Assembly: GCF_031769215.1 (NCBI RefSeq)
Contig: NW_026782756.1
Coordinates: 186,001 to 250,000, forward strand
Source: Ylistrum balloti
Taxonomy: Eukaryota
Length of the DNA: 64,000 nt
Direction of reading: 5' to 3'
In this document: piece by piece, positions 1-14,390 of the stretch
How the letters are laid out: each line of letters begins with the position of its first letter
Numbering within the stretch: the first letter of the stretch is position 1
The notes under the pieces: generated by a model
The model's database searches: none
What the model was told of the DNA's origin: nothing
What the model saw: the letters and a program-made list of their open reading frames with translations, nothing else
Position numbers and translations under genes: made by a program

Positions 1-1790
1 CGCATATGACGCATGCTTTTTCATGTGAGGGCAGGGTCTTGTTTACATTTGTTCTTACTGTCTAAAATGTCGGCATGATGGATGAATGACTTTTTACGGT
101 AGAATAAGACTTCTCTATGTCGAAAAACTTATCTACTTCAAAATAGCCCTCATTTCATACCGCATAGAACTTAGGAAAACAACAACCGGTCAGATGTCCC
201 AGTTATTAGTATGGCGGTATCCGATAGAAACGGCATAAATAAAGTGACGTAACATGGAATGTACAGGCATTAGGCCTAGTCAATGTCACACATAGTTTAA
301 CCCATACATTTTAATAAATATCTCATTCTTTCATCTCTTTTACTTCTTGGGAACTTTCCCCTGTTGTCGAATAGCTTTAAAACTTATAATTATTACAGTA
401 ACAAATTTTGAGAAGTCCCATGTTTATAAATGGTAACATATCAGCTTCTTGCTAAAGTATAGATCTAATAATATTTCATCAATTTTGGAAGAGAGTATGT
501 TATAACTGGAAAATCATTTTCCTTTGTCCTTGTTGAATTTTGCTATACCTATTGTCATGCCACTGTGTGATAATGAAATTACACACTTGCAGATTTGCTG
601 ATTAATTAATTAGTCCTGTATCTTGAAATCATACTTGTATATTTGATAATTGCATTTATAATTAATGTAATAATAGTAAAGCACAATGTGTTAAGAAAAG
701 CACAACAAAAATATGACTACCAAGTATAGTGACATAAAAAAGTTTTATGTAATATTTGTGAAATTTGGAAGAAAAAATTTGAAGTCTTAATTAATCATGA
801 AAAGCACTGTATGGATCTATCAATAATTTCATTTTTTCATTTTTAATTTTCATTTGTTATGATTGCTTAATCATAATATTAAATGCTATAGTGTTTTAAA
901 ATTTCATTACCTGTTTTCTAATTGTCTTTGGGATTGCCTTCTCTTGCTTGGATATGTAATAAAACGATAAATTGCTTACAAAGCAGACTATGTACACAGC
1001 ATCATAGAGCTATAAGATAATTTATACAGTGATCAATAAACATGACCACCAGAAAATTGAATTCATCCAAGCATGACAAAACATTTCAATGAGACTATTA
1101 TAAAGGAGGGTTAAAAGTAATTTGCACTCAGCTATCTTCCAGTTTGATATCATCAAATTTGACACATGATTTGGCACACATGCTTTCAACTATAATATGG
1201 CAAAGTAATCAGTTATCGCAGTTCACTATATCTAACAAGAATTTTTATAGACATTTTTAAAGGGGAAAAATTAGGCTTAATCTTTTTTCTATCTGGATCA
1301 TTGACTATGAATCGCATTATGGAAATTAATCCTGTAAGGATAAAAGTCACAGTATAATATTCTTGTTTGGATTTTCTATGGTCACCTGTTATTCCCATAT
1401 TGGTTGATATGCTGATTCAAAAAGACAAATTATTCACATGACTGATTTACTGCAGCAAATTAGAATGATTGTCATACCAATGTTCACAGTAAAATGAAAA
1501 ATAGCTGCCTAAACATGTGGTATGAATTTAGCTGTTGTCTTTGGTTGATTGTTGTGTCATCTCTTGGAGTACTGTGTTAATGAAAATTAATTTAGGAAAA
1601 AAAATTTAAACTTTAGTTACCGTATTTATATAGCTATAAACCCATGCCTGATGATAATCCCACCTACATCTATTGTATCTTCATAAAAATGTGAACAAAT
1701 GCTACATCACTGTAATAATATGTCTGCCCTCCTCCTAAGAGTCAGAAAATGTTTCTTTGGTTCCCTTGCAGGATAGATATGCTGGGTTTA

Positions 1791-2016
1791 TAAACTTTAT
1801 ATATTTTACAACAATTGTGAAACAAGTTATTTGAACTTATGCTAATTACTCTTGTTGGCCCGGATGGAAGTGTATGAGAGGTCTTATTGTGAGAGGAAAT
1901 CGGAGTACCCGGGGAAAACCCACGTGGTCAGGTAGGTGACCACTGCCTTTTCACATTTGTTCTAGTAGTCAAACCCAGGACGGCTAGGTGAAAGGCGAGT
2001 GTATTCCGACCACCCA
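1791..2016 (-). mobile_element. tRNA-headed SINE with V/Meta-type core, in an ELOVL 5' intron or upstream region
   Basis: Minus strand reads a degenerate tRNA head (GTGGTCGG...CGCCTTTCACC...GGGTTTGACT), then core GTGGGTTTTCCCCGGGTACTCCGATTTCCTCTCAC, then an AT-rich tail. A second copy of its 3' half lies at 15346-15450. Confidence 0.7.
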
Positions 2017-2106
2017 TGTTAGGTTTCCATACTTTTGATAACGTCTGTAAATAATTGTTTTTGTTTTCAGATAAAAGTAGGCAAGATCTGGTAGAAAGCT
2101 TTAGAA

Positions 2107-5100
2107 ATGGCAGGATTCATAGTAGATGCCCAGAAAATGTGGGATGAGGTTCTTGTCAATGCAGGTAAATACCTTTTCATCGCAACTGTTAGACACATTC
2201 GTGAATTAGAATAATCAAAACTATGAACACAATTTCCTTTAGGAATGTACATTTTCATGTTTTGAGTACTGCACAACAGATTTTTTTTTGTAGTTAATGT
2301 AAAATTTTATAGTTCTGACAGAAAATCTACTCTACCTGGTTATCTTAAGCTGTTGAAATAAACTAGTGATATCAAATCTGAGTCATAATTCAAAAATCTT
2401 TGAATATCTTTATTGTATTGTTAAAAGAATGGTGCTGCTTTGACTCAAACGTGTGAACACATTCTCAGTTCTTTATTTCATTGAGAATTTTAAATCCAAA
2501 CTTTATCACAATAAATCAGTGGATCAGGACCTCTTGAGTCCTAAATTGCTTTAAAGTGGAACTATTGACATAAAAATACAGACTATATTACTTAAAGTTT
2601 GCATATTTTTTTTTCAGATCCACGTGTAGAGGATTGGTTTATGATGTCCAGTTTTGTCCCTAGCCTCATTATCTGTGTGTTGTACATAACAATTGTGTTA
2701 CTTGGCCCCACGCTGATGGCAAACCGGAAACCAATGGAGATCAAAAATATCTTGTTGGTGTATAACTTGGGAATGGTAGCTCTCTCTACATATATTTTTG
2801 TGGAGGTATGTTATTTTTTTTTCACTGAAATGTTTTGTATTACCATGATATCATTTATTTGATGTAGTTGTGAAAATTTAATTGTAACTAAAAACCCAAT
2901 GGCAGTACAATTACAATTGAATGAAATATGTGAAAGTATCTGTCAGTCAGATATGAAAATGGCACTGAGTATAATGGCTGATTTTGGAGTCAATCCATGC
3001 AACAGTTAATACTATAAGGATAATATCTGAACTGTATGTAATGTTTACCTACTGGAAGTCCAAATGGCCTTAATAGCAGGTGTAAAACTTCTTATTTAAT
3101 GACTGAAAAAAACTTTTCTGTTAAACCACTTATATCACTTGCTGGGACTTGCAAATTCATTTTGGTGTGTGTGTTAAAAATTAATACACTGTATACTACA
3201 CATTAGTGAAAAGTGAGTGTTTTCAAGAGGTGCAGGTTTAAGATTTATGTATGAAGATGGCAAATAATTTGTTTCTGTGGGATATGGACAAATTATAAGT
3301 CTTATATTACCCTTCTTTCATATATGTCCCACATACTATGTACTGTGTATATTTTCCCAACAGTTCCTGTTGTCGGGCTGGGCCACTGGTTACAGCTTAC
3401 ATTGTCAGCCAGTAGATTACTCCAACTCTAAGGCTGCTGTGAGGGTAAGAAACATTGACAAGCTCAAAGAATGCTATAAATATGTGAACTGTATAGAAAT
3501 GTCCAACAAAATTAAGTTTGATTTCCCAATACAATGATAGAATAAACTACTTCATTGTAATGTCTTATCTAACTATTACTACACCATACTCCTTGATTAG
3601 ATAGATTGTTACTTGTTTATCTTCTCATTTTATTGGCCCATTACCAGTCAAGGTCATTTTGAGGTGAGGTTTTTTTATAGCAAATGTAGGCTACCCTCAC
3701 ATACCATCCAGAGCAAATGAAAGAAAGCTTCATAAATGCAAGAAAACAGAATGGTCATGATCTTGGCTTCAGACCAACCTGTACAGGGATCAAACCTATG
3801 AACACTGGATCTTCATCTGAAGTTGTATAGTTTGATTCTCTACAAGATCAACGTAGCTTTTTTAGTTAGATTGATGTGAACAAAACATTAATTTTTACTT
3901 GTTATGGCTGGAAAATGCATACATTATAATTTGTCTTCACTGAGTCTTTCACTAGTAATATTTAATATATGGTTTCATATGAAAGACATCAGCCCAACAT
4001 GATGATTATGTATGTTTAATTACATGTTTCTTTTATGATTTTGCAGATGGCAAGTACTTGCTGGTGGTTTTACATATCCAAGTTCATTGAACTTTTTGAC
4101 ACCGTAAGTACATTATTGTATTATGGAATATAAAGTGGCATGTACTGTTTAATCTTAACTACAAGTTATATTAACTTTTTGTGATATGTCATGCATGAAC
4201 TGATGATCTTTATACCAATAAGAGAATTTCATGACATGGCCAGTCATGTTCTGCAGTATTCTTTTTTATTTTTTAATACTTCTCTTACAGAACATATGAT
4301 ATGACCATAGGTAAAATTAGACAATACAAAATGTACTTTCCAATTATATTTACATTGATATTGGCAAATTTTGCAATTAGCAGATTGTAAATCTAATTTG
4401 AATTTAAATTTTGTTATGGTAGATGAAGCTGTGGATGATCTAGATATTTTCTTTTGCATGTAATTCAAACACTAAACATGATGTTAATTGGAGCAATATT
4501 TGATTTTATTTCAGATTTTCTTCATAATGAGAAAAAAGTTTAGCCAGGTTTCATTCCTGCATGTATTCCATCATGGGATTATGCCGTTTTCCTGGTGGTT
4601 TGGAGTCAAGTTTGTGCCAGGTATGGTTTCTCTCTATCACATGTAGTGATATTGTTTATGTGAAAAAGTAGTAATATAATCTGTAGAAAGATTGTCTACC
4701 TGAAAACTTCAGTAAAACAGGAGTTGTCTCCCCTCTGCAGAGACACTATTACCAGCCCGGTTTTCATTTATCACCGTGAACAATGGGACCACATTTTTTC
4801 ATTTATAAAACAAATACTACAAAAGTATTTTGCTTTCTGGTGATCTTCTACTAAACCGTTCAAGGCCAGTGTTAAAATTTGCAGGTATGTCCTGATAATT
4901 CCTGACATGTTGCATAAAAGAAACAAACAGGCCCCAAGATTGACATAATATTTACATTTTTCAAGACTTGAGACTATTTCTGTAAAATAAATTTCCCTGA
5001 CCTACATTGAAATACTTTTCAAATGATTTGTTTCAATTCATAACAAAACTTCTAGCAGTTGTTTCCAGAATGTCACAAGCAAAATAGATATGACAGAGGA

Positions 5101-6929
5101 TTTTCACTGTTTACTGCTACAGGTGGATTTGGTACCTTCCATGCACTGTTGAATTCCTTTATCCATCTAATGATGTATACCTACTATGGACTGGCAGCTT
5201 TGGGACCTCAATATCAAAAATATCTTTGGTGGAAAAAGTATATGACAAAAATGCAGCTGGTAAGTGCAGCATGTAAGACATGTTAATTACCTGTAAAATG
5301 TCACCCATTTCACTTCAATATCAAATATAGAGGGCAACACTACACGCTACCTTCACTTAAATACAGTAACAGATAAAGAGTATTTGCCTGGTCCGTTAAT
5401 TCAAGGATGCTGTGTCCTGTTATTTTAGCTGATATTTCACACATTGAGAAAAGAGTTGATACTTCAGTTGTCAGGTGGCATGTTATATAAAAAAAGGACC
5501 CAATAAGACCCCAAATTTACTATTTGACTTTCATTCTTTAAAAATGGTTCCATAATGAATCTTTTTATTGGCAAATGTTGACAATCACTGCAAACATCTA
5601 TTTGACTTAGAATTTCAAGAACTATGCATATAAGTTAATAAAAATAAAGATTCCTGGATCATAGCTTGGTCGTTATGCAGGTACATCCTGAGCCTTTTTT
5701 CTAGATTAAAATGGGATTATCTTTTGTTTTGTTAATTTTTTTTTTTGTTGCCAACATACTGGATATACATAACAAAATATCATATAAAACAAAGCAAATG
5801 AAAGAATAATGCTTGATTAAAGCTACATTGTTAAGTAAATCAGATGTATGAAGTGAAGAACCACATAAAAAGAAACAAGGTGTCCTCTCATTTACCTCTA
5901 TCCTCTATCGCACCACAACAGATTAGTTGTTAGCATTAGTGTACTAACTCTTAAATACAATAAGACAAATGGGGTTATTTTGATCTTTGTTAGAATTTGT
6001 GATTTGTACATAGGCTGTCAATTTTCTACATTGAAATCTCTAAAGTATTTTCTTGATGTTTGCTTTTATCTTGGTTATGTGACACTCAGAAAAAAAGACA
6101 TGATGGATTTCATGTATGTACTGATCAGGAATTCATCTAAAGAATGATAGATAGTCCTAACAGAGAAAGACTTTAAAACCTTTACATATACCCAAATCCA
6201 AATCTATTGACAGCTTGGCAAAGAAGCTTTGGGAAGTGGGCAGAGCTTCAACATCACCAAAGTTTGCTATAAGCATATATAATATTACTAGGTACAATTA
6301 CTATATCAACACGATGGTTAAACTCAAAGTTTTGCAAATTTTTGAAATATATTCTGTTTATAGGCTTTAGTTGAGAGTTTGATATTTTAATAAGATATGA
6401 ATTGATTTTGATGAAAAGGAAAAGATAATTTAAAAACATGTATTGGCATATTTGGTTACAAGTAATAAAAATGTTTTCTTTATTTGAGATATGGGCACGG
6501 AGAGTTAATCAGTTTGGATACAAAGTGTTTTGAAAATACATAAGAATTTAAAAGTTGTGCCAGTCAGTGGCACTGAGTTATCTTTTTTGTTTTGTTTTTG
6601 TTTCTTACACTGTTATATTTTTTTAACATGAAAGATGTAAGTGTGTATATAGTTTCATTTGTTACAGAGTTAAATGTGGATTATAGGGTATGGTTTATGG
6701 TGTATGTTTGACTTTTCAGACCCAGTTCATACTCTGCCTGATTCATGCCACACAATTATTGTACATGGAATGTAATTATCCAACACTGTTTGCCTACTGG
6801 ATTGCACTGTATGCAGGAATATTTCTTGTGCTGTTTGCGGACTTCTACTACAAGGCATATATGTCCCGCAGGTCAAAGCCACAGAGCAATGGTGCTGCAC
6901 AGAATGGTGTCAAGGAGAAAACTAATTGA
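2107..6929 (+). CDS. ELOVL7: Very-long-chain fatty acid elongase, ELOVL1/7-like (7 coding exons, 278 aa)
   Basis: Exons 2107-2164, 2618-2805, 3364-3444, 4047-4103, 4515-4620, 5123-5259, 6720-6929; all GT-AG, phases consistent, 837 nt. Motifs [38 protein letters not shown] (HxxHH), [34 protein letters not shown]; C-terminal KEKTN is a KxKxx ER-retrieval signal. The WWFGVKF motif favours the ELOVL1/7 clade over ELOVL4; exact orthology is not proven. Confidence 0.92.
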
Positions 6930-9149
6930 TGTTCCTGGTTGATTAGTTCATTAGTTATTTGCACGATTGTTAGAGATCTGATTTATTTTTTTACTGAAAT
7001 GCTTTTACTTTGTGCCTTTTTTACACTATTTATATAATAGTACTAACAACACTTTGGTAGGTGCCTCCATTGTCAAAATATATATGAAATAATTATGTTG
7101 TACTACTGAGTTTGATCTGATTGTTGTCGTATTACTTAGATATTGACATATATTATATTTAGAAATTTGTAAAAGTCACTTAATTGCTGCAATTAACCTG
7201 TTAGCTCTATCCAAAGTTTGTGATTCTGGTTTTTCACTAGACATTTCCTTGTTTTATGTATACACTGGTAGAACTACATGTTTTGATTAAGGTAGTGGTC
7301 TGTTTGGCATTGCGTAGATACATTACTAAACAATCCAGTTATTAATCTACCTACGAGTCCAGGCACAAATGACCCATACATTTCTAAATTGTCCCATTAA
7401 TATAGAGAAATCAACATGCTATATATAGGGAATGTCATGTTATTTGCTTGGTTTTTTGAGGAATATGTTCAACATTTCAAACTGTAGATAAACTGAAGAA
7501 GATATTCGTGATATTGCTGAGGTGATGATTATTTGTGGTGCACTGTAATGCTGTAGAACAAACATGACCTCATCAGATTTATTTGAACATTTTTGGTCCT
7601 TGAATGACTGTTAAATGGTATACAACATCAATTATATATGTGATTTACAACATCAATTATATGTGTGACTTACAGGACTATGTAATACATTGTATGGTTT
7701 ATATCAGAAAATTCAACACGACTAAATTTGATACAAAAACCAACAGACCAAAATGTTTCAAATAATTTGCATATCAGGTGATGTCTGAAAAAATGATATC
7801 TTTGCGTGTCCCCTTAAAAAGTAGTACTGTATGTCTGGATCATGATGTTGGCAGCTATAGTGGTTGTTTCATGCATTATTCTGTGAATCCCAAAGACCTC
7901 AGATTTCTTGTGTGAAATCTAAGATCAGTATATTGTTTGTTACTTCCCTTGGGATTATCTTGTTCAGACTTCTTCATGTCAGTTTCTTTATTTGAATGCT
8001 TGGAATGGCAATTCAGGTCTATGATTGGGTAATTGTGACTTCCTATCGTCATCTGTTGTCCTGTGTCAGGACAATTGGTTACTGATGATGATAACAAAAA
8101 GAAAAAGGATTAAAGCATAATAAAAATATTCCTCTTTGACTAGCAATACACCATGAAGTGCTGAAAGTTTTAACTAGGAATTTTTATTGAGCTGCTTCTG
8201 AAATCCAATATGGCTACCAACGACTAACAGTATCTTGATTTTTTTCACTATCAGTGTTTTGATTTTAAGAACTCCTAAAGGGATGCTACGGCATATTTTC
8301 AGATTATTAATGTTATTATTTCAGTTACATTGGCTTCTGCAGAAATCTTGTTAAAGTGTGTTGTATGTAACAGTTGTAAATTATTCCGTATCCTCACTAC
8401 ATAGGGATATATACATGTGGTAAAACAATGACCCATCCTGGTGCACATATATCCGTCCTCGTGTGAACCCGTTTTTTATTGGCATACTATTTTTGTTCAA
8501 TTTTGATTCATTATGAGAATATCATACTATCTTAACAATTTTTGTTTAGTTATTACCTTTATACCTCCAACTAGAGGATGGGCTTATTTGTGAGCATCCC
8601 ATCATTCATTAGGGTCTACCATCTTTGTTAATTTTCATACCTTACTTAGACCTAGTTCCTCGAAGACACAAAAAAGTGGAGAGGGACTTATTTGTGGGTG
8701 ATGGCTTAAATGAAGGAAAATTCAGTGACTTGGGGGAGAAAAGTGCATTCTAACTTCAGACAGTCCTGACTGGATATACTGAAAGTTGATGCCAACAATA
8801 GGGTCATTACAATTTGAAATGTTTGCAGTCAAATGCCCTATTGATAAAAAGGTTACAGCCGAACTTGATCAGAATGCAAAATACCAGGTAGTTGTGGTTA
8901 CATTGGTAGTTCTGAACCATTGACGATGTCATATTATTTTGTGTGATTAAGATGTTTAGAAAAATTCTATTGTTGATCAATCATTTATTTACAGTCTGTC
9001 TATAATTAATTACATACAGTTTATGAATTCAATGTATCTCTTTTACATGTAATAGAATAGAAAGAAAATTAAGCTTGACAAATGATTTACACATTGATAG
9101 GTGAGTGTGATATAACACTATTATTCCCATTAGAGAATGGTTGGTAAAA

Positions 9150-10550
9150 GTGATCTACATATTGGCAGGTGATTCTGTCCCGAGAATGGATGAAATGTTT
9201 GATCTACACATCAATATGTGTCCTGTCCTTGAAGGAAGGGAACGTTTGATCTACACATCAATAGCTGATCCTGTCCTTGAAAGGGTGGGAATGTTTGATC
9301 TACACATCAATAGCTGATCCTGTCCTTGAAAGGGAAGGAATGTTTGATCTACACATCAGTTGTTGATCCTGTCCTTGAAGGAAGGGTATGTTTGATCTAC
9401 ACATCGATAGGAGTCCTGTCCTTGAAGGGAGGGTATGGTTGATCTACACATCAATAGATGTCCTGTCCTTGAAGGAAGGGAATTTTTGATCTACACATCA
9501 ATAGGTGTCCTGTCCTTGAAGGAAGGGATTGTTTGATCTACACATCAATAGGTGTCCTGTCCTTGAAGGAAGGGAATGTTTGATCTACAAATCAATGGGT
9601 GTCCTGTCCTTGAAGGAAGGAAATGTTTGATCTACACATCAATAGGTGTCCTGTCCTTGAAGGGAGTGTATGTTTGATCTACACATCAATAGGTAATCCT
9701 GTACATGAAAGGAAGGGAATGTTTGATCTACACATCAATTGTTGATCCTGTCTGTGAAAGGTAGGGCATGTTTGATCCACACATCAATTGTTGATCCTGT
9801 CCTTGAAAGGGAGGGTATTTTTGATCTACACATCAATAGCTGATCCTGTCCTTGAAAGGGAGGGTATGGTTGATGTACACATCAATAGCTGATCCTGTCC
9901 TTGAAAGGGAGGGTATGTTTGATCTACACATCAATAGCTGATCCTTTCCTTGAAAGGGAGGGTATGTTTGATCTACACATCAATAGCTGATCCTGTCCTT
10001 GAAAGGGAGGGTATGTTTGATCTACACATCAATAGCTGATCCTGTCCTTGAAAGGGAGGGTATGTTTGATCTACACATCAATAGCTGATCCTGTCCTTGA
10101 AAGGGAGGGTATAGCTGATCCTGTCCTTGAAAGGGAGGGTATGGTTACACATCAATAGCTGATCCTGTCCTTGAAAGGGAGGGTATGGTTGATCTACACA
10201 TCAATAGCTGATCCTGTCCTTGAAAGGGAGGGTATGTTTGATCTACACATCAATAGCTGATCCTGTCCTTGAAAGGGAGGGTATGTTTGATCTACACATC
10301 AATAGCTGATCCTGTCCTTGAAAGGGAGGGTATGTTTGATCTACACATCAATAGCTGATCCTGTCCTTGAAAGGGAGGGTATGGTTGATCTACACATCAA
10401 TAGCTGATCCTGTCCTTGAAAGGGAGGGTATGTTTGATCTACACATCAATAGGTAATCCTGTCCTTGAAGGGAGGGTATGCTTGAGCTAAACATCAATAA
10501 CTGATCCTGTCTTTGAAAGGGAGGGTATGTTTCTTCTACATATTGATAGG
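9150..10550. repeat. 49-bp minisatellite, about 28 copies
   Basis: Unit TGTTTGATCTACACATCAATAGCTGATCCTGTCCTTGAAAGGGAGGGTA; degenerate at both ends. Confidence 0.95.
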
Positions 10551-11700
10551 CGATTCAGAGCAAAGAATGATGTCAGGTTGGGTGTGTTCCTTTATGAACT
10601 GATCAGAGGTCTTGACCAAAATAATCAGGTTCCAAGTCATAGCAGATCAAAAGGGTTGGGATTTTCTTTATTGTTAATCAAAGATTATCTTTTAAGGTCT
10701 TGCTAGACTTACACATTATGTATCAATAATGTAGGTTTTATTTCTATGATAAAGGTCCTTTTTTTTCAATATCTATATATTTATCGTAGGTTGATCACAA
10801 TTTTTATTCACAAAATCTTTGAACACTTGTCTTATTAATGGATTTATTTTTTGGGAGTCATATTGAATATCAATCCCATTCTTATCCATTGTTATTGCGT
10901 TATGATTATAAACATTTTTTAATTTTAGTTGTTTAGGGTGTTTTTTTCATTAAAACAACATGGTTTATATATACAAAGAAAGTTCTCTATGATGTTCTGT
11001 GTTTCTGAAAGATTGTTTTGATATTTATTGTGTCGTTTTTCCTAACTTGGATACAAGATTATTGGTGTAATAGACTCTTGCCTGTAAGATATTATTATGC
11101 AGATGTATTTTGAAACCATCCAAATCATCTTTTTATGTTAAGAGAATATAGAGAATTCAATCATTTAATACATTGAATTTATTTTTAAGTAAAAATTTGC
11201 ATTGTATTGTTTTGATGTCTTTCACACTGATATTAAAAATAGTATCTGTTATTGTGTGAAAGACATTTTTGCCAGTATTGACTGATATAGTACTGTCACT
11301 AATTCATTGCTTCCAACATTTCAGATTTTTAATTCAGTGAACATGAAAATTCATTTTTTATCTTTGTTAAATGGTATTTACTTAACATGAACAATCAATT
11401 TCATATGGAAAGCTTGCCAAAGAATTGCATGTCTGATTCACTAACATTGTATAAATACTAGTAGTCACAACTTCATTATTCATTATATACACCAAATATA
11501 ATTTTTCTTAATTCACACTATTTTTGTTGGCATTGCTAAAACATTTTGTCATTATAAGTTTAAGATTTGGAAACAAAATTAGTTGGTTTTAAGGTATCCT
11601 CTTGAATACGAGTTTTTGTGGAAGTTCAGGGATATGGGCATTTCATCTGCACAGTGTTGTAGAGCTTTTGTGGCTGTGTGATAAAGTGTCATGTCTTGAC

Positions 11701-11765
11701 AAAGTTAAGCAGCATCAAGCACAGTTATCTCTTGGATGGATGGCCAGTATCCCGGTGCATGTAGC
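11701..11765 (+). pseudogene. Degenerate 5S rRNA 3'-half fragment (pseudogene or 5S-derived SINE remnant)
   Basis: AAGTTAAGCAGCATCAAGCACAGTTATCTCTTGGATGGATGGCC...CCCGGTGCATGTAGC resembles the 5S segment AAGTTAAGC...GTTAGTACTTGGATGGG.GACC...CCGGGTGCTGTAG; the 5' half is absent. Confidence 0.5.
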
Positions 11766-13899
11766 ATATTTACTTTTATAATTGAAAATAAACAGTAGTG
11801 TTTTTTTATGCTTTGTCAACCAAGAGAAGTAAATGTGCAAACATTCTGATAAATATCTTACTCATCTATATATTGTTGATTAAAATAAGATGTTTATGAT
11901 GGGTTAAATATGTGTATATACAGCACATTGACTTCTTGGTGCTTTAGATACATTCTCTATGTAACATATCCTTAGGTGCTTCTTACACAGCCTCTGATAC
12001 ATATCTTCAGGTGCAATACATACATTCTCTGGCGTATGAACAAAAGTGATTTTAAGACATGTTCATGATTATATTGATTTGCATGTGCAGTTATTTTAGT
12101 TTTGCATCACAGCTGGTTAGTCCAATAATTTTTATCACAGTATAATTATCTGTTTATAATTCACATATTTTGTGATGGCTATCACATTAGGTTTGCTTTA
12201 GTATAAATTCTATTTTATTTCATATATTACTATATAATATATTGCACAAAGATTATGATATATAATATATAGAACAAAGGAAGAAGATCTAGAAAGAAGT
12301 TGTGAAACTTTCATTGACATAATTCTTTGTTTGCTTTTTTCACACTTGAAAACTGTTACACATGTAGTTACATTATTTCTATATTAAATTGATCCAAATG
12401 ATAAAGACGTTTGTGTTTTGCAGAATAAATAATTGGCCTTCATCTAAGGCCTGACAAGTAGCCAATCAGGGATGCAGGGGTAGAAGCATCCAGGGATGAA
12501 GCCCCAGTAGGGATTTGGAGGGAAAACCTGGAAAGAAATTTGGATGTTTGGCATTTAATTTGCACTATCAAAATTACATGTATACCGCAGATGTATTTGT
12601 TTAAAGGCAGCTACATCCCTAGAGGCCACTCTCCACTTATAATATCCTTCAAAGTCTCCATTTACTATTTGTAGGGAAGAGCTCTAGTGTTCTCTTTCAT
12701 ATACAGATTTCCCATTATTTGCAGCTGTACAAGTTGAATTTTAGGACTGCAACATCAGGAAAATAAAAATGACCTCTTGCATTTTGACTGAAAATGCTTC
12801 TTAATGCTATTTCTTGAAAAGAAATGGAAGGATCTTTTTCGCAAATTTTGCATGTGCATGTGTCAGGTTTTTATTGGTCGCTAGTATTTAATTATCAGTT
12901 TCGGTTCAATTGCAAAAAAATGGTCTACAAATGTACTCATGTATCTTGGATTTCTGACAAATTATCTGACCAAATTTCATATCTAGGGTTTTTGTTCATG
13001 CTTATCTATGTTAAGTCTTGAGACTACGCGGAAAAGTAACTTAATTCAAATTTTGCATTATAGTAAAATCTTAAATGACCATCAATGATGCAATACTCCG
13101 CCCTTCAGGTCCATTCTTGCATACCTGGCAGGTAAAATAATAGAATGAAAACTTGAGATCATTAATGATATATAGAGATAGGTAATTCTCCAAATACGAA
13201 AAGGAAAGAACTTGTCAATGAAAGCATAGGTCCTTTTAATTATAATAACATTTTTTCAGAGTCTAATTTGGGGTATAGCTCTGAATTTTTTTTCATGAAT
13301 ATGAACAAAAATCCCCAGTCCGTATGTAATTTAAGTACAGTAGACCTATAAGCATGTATGATCATGAAATTTCAGTTTATTGTTTTCACAAAAAATAAAT
13401 ATGGTCACTTGGGTAATTTTAGAAGGGGGTGCACACTGGGTGCATCCCCTCTGGATCTACCAGTGGTTGATTCCCAAGAAGTTAGAAGATGGGGTCCAAA
13501 AGAGGGTCACAATGTAAACAAGTATAAAAAAAAACTTGCCAGAAGTTAATCCTTGGAATTTTACAAGTGTAAGTGAAATTATAATAAAATGTGGGAATTG
13601 AAATGTGTGTTTGACACCAAATATCACAATCAATAACAAATTTGTGAGATTATTGATGCCTGCATGGTCATGCACATGAGATGAATGGCCATTGAGAAAC
13701 ATGTCTTTGAAGTATACAGGGTATGAGATGGTAATGTTCACTAAAGGTGAAAATAATGTGATGTGATTTGTGGTAATAAGATTCAAGGGGAAACAGGGTG
13801 AAATGGTCTTTCATAGGTACATTCAACTGTACAAGAGAACCCAGAAGCCCACCAACATTTGATCTTTATTTTCTATAAGTGTCATATCTTACATTCTTT

Positions 13900-14390
13900 T
13901 CTTTGTTTTTGGCACAAATAGTGACTTAGGGAAACCTACATTTGATAAAGATTCCTCCAGTTCTCAAGAAAATAAATAACAAACTTTCATAGTAAAAATC
14001 TGAAATTGGCCTGTCTGCCAAGTTAGACATTTCATCAGTCCCAAAATCAAAAGAGCACAACTAGGGACCAAGGGGAACCTACGTAGGAAATTTGAGAAAG
14101 ATTCATGCAATACTTCTCAAGAAAAAGTGATAACAAACTTTTATTGTCAAAATCAAAATGTTTTTCTAATCGTCCCAAAATCAAACCACACAACTATGAA
14201 CCAAGGAGATCAATAGAGAACTTATTAAGATGTAGCAATATCAAACTTTCATTGTCAAAATCCAAGATGGCCCTCTGTCAACCATTTGGTCTTTCTAATC
14301 AATCCTAAAATCACAAGGCAGACTAGGGGTCAAAGGGGAGCTACATGTGAAATTTGAGGAAGATCCATCCAGTAATTCTTGAAATACCAA
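13900..14390 (+). repeat. Degenerate tandem repeat of about 130-135 bp (satellite-like, 3-4 units)
   Basis: CCCAAAATC recurs near 14041, 14174 and 14305, with shared GGGGAACCTAC...AAATTTGAGAAAGAT...AACAAACTTT...AAAATC blocks. Confidence 0.55.

Noticed and set aside
349-360. Single kB-like site GGGAACTTTCCC near ELOVL
   Set aside because: An isolated short motif with no supporting evidence.
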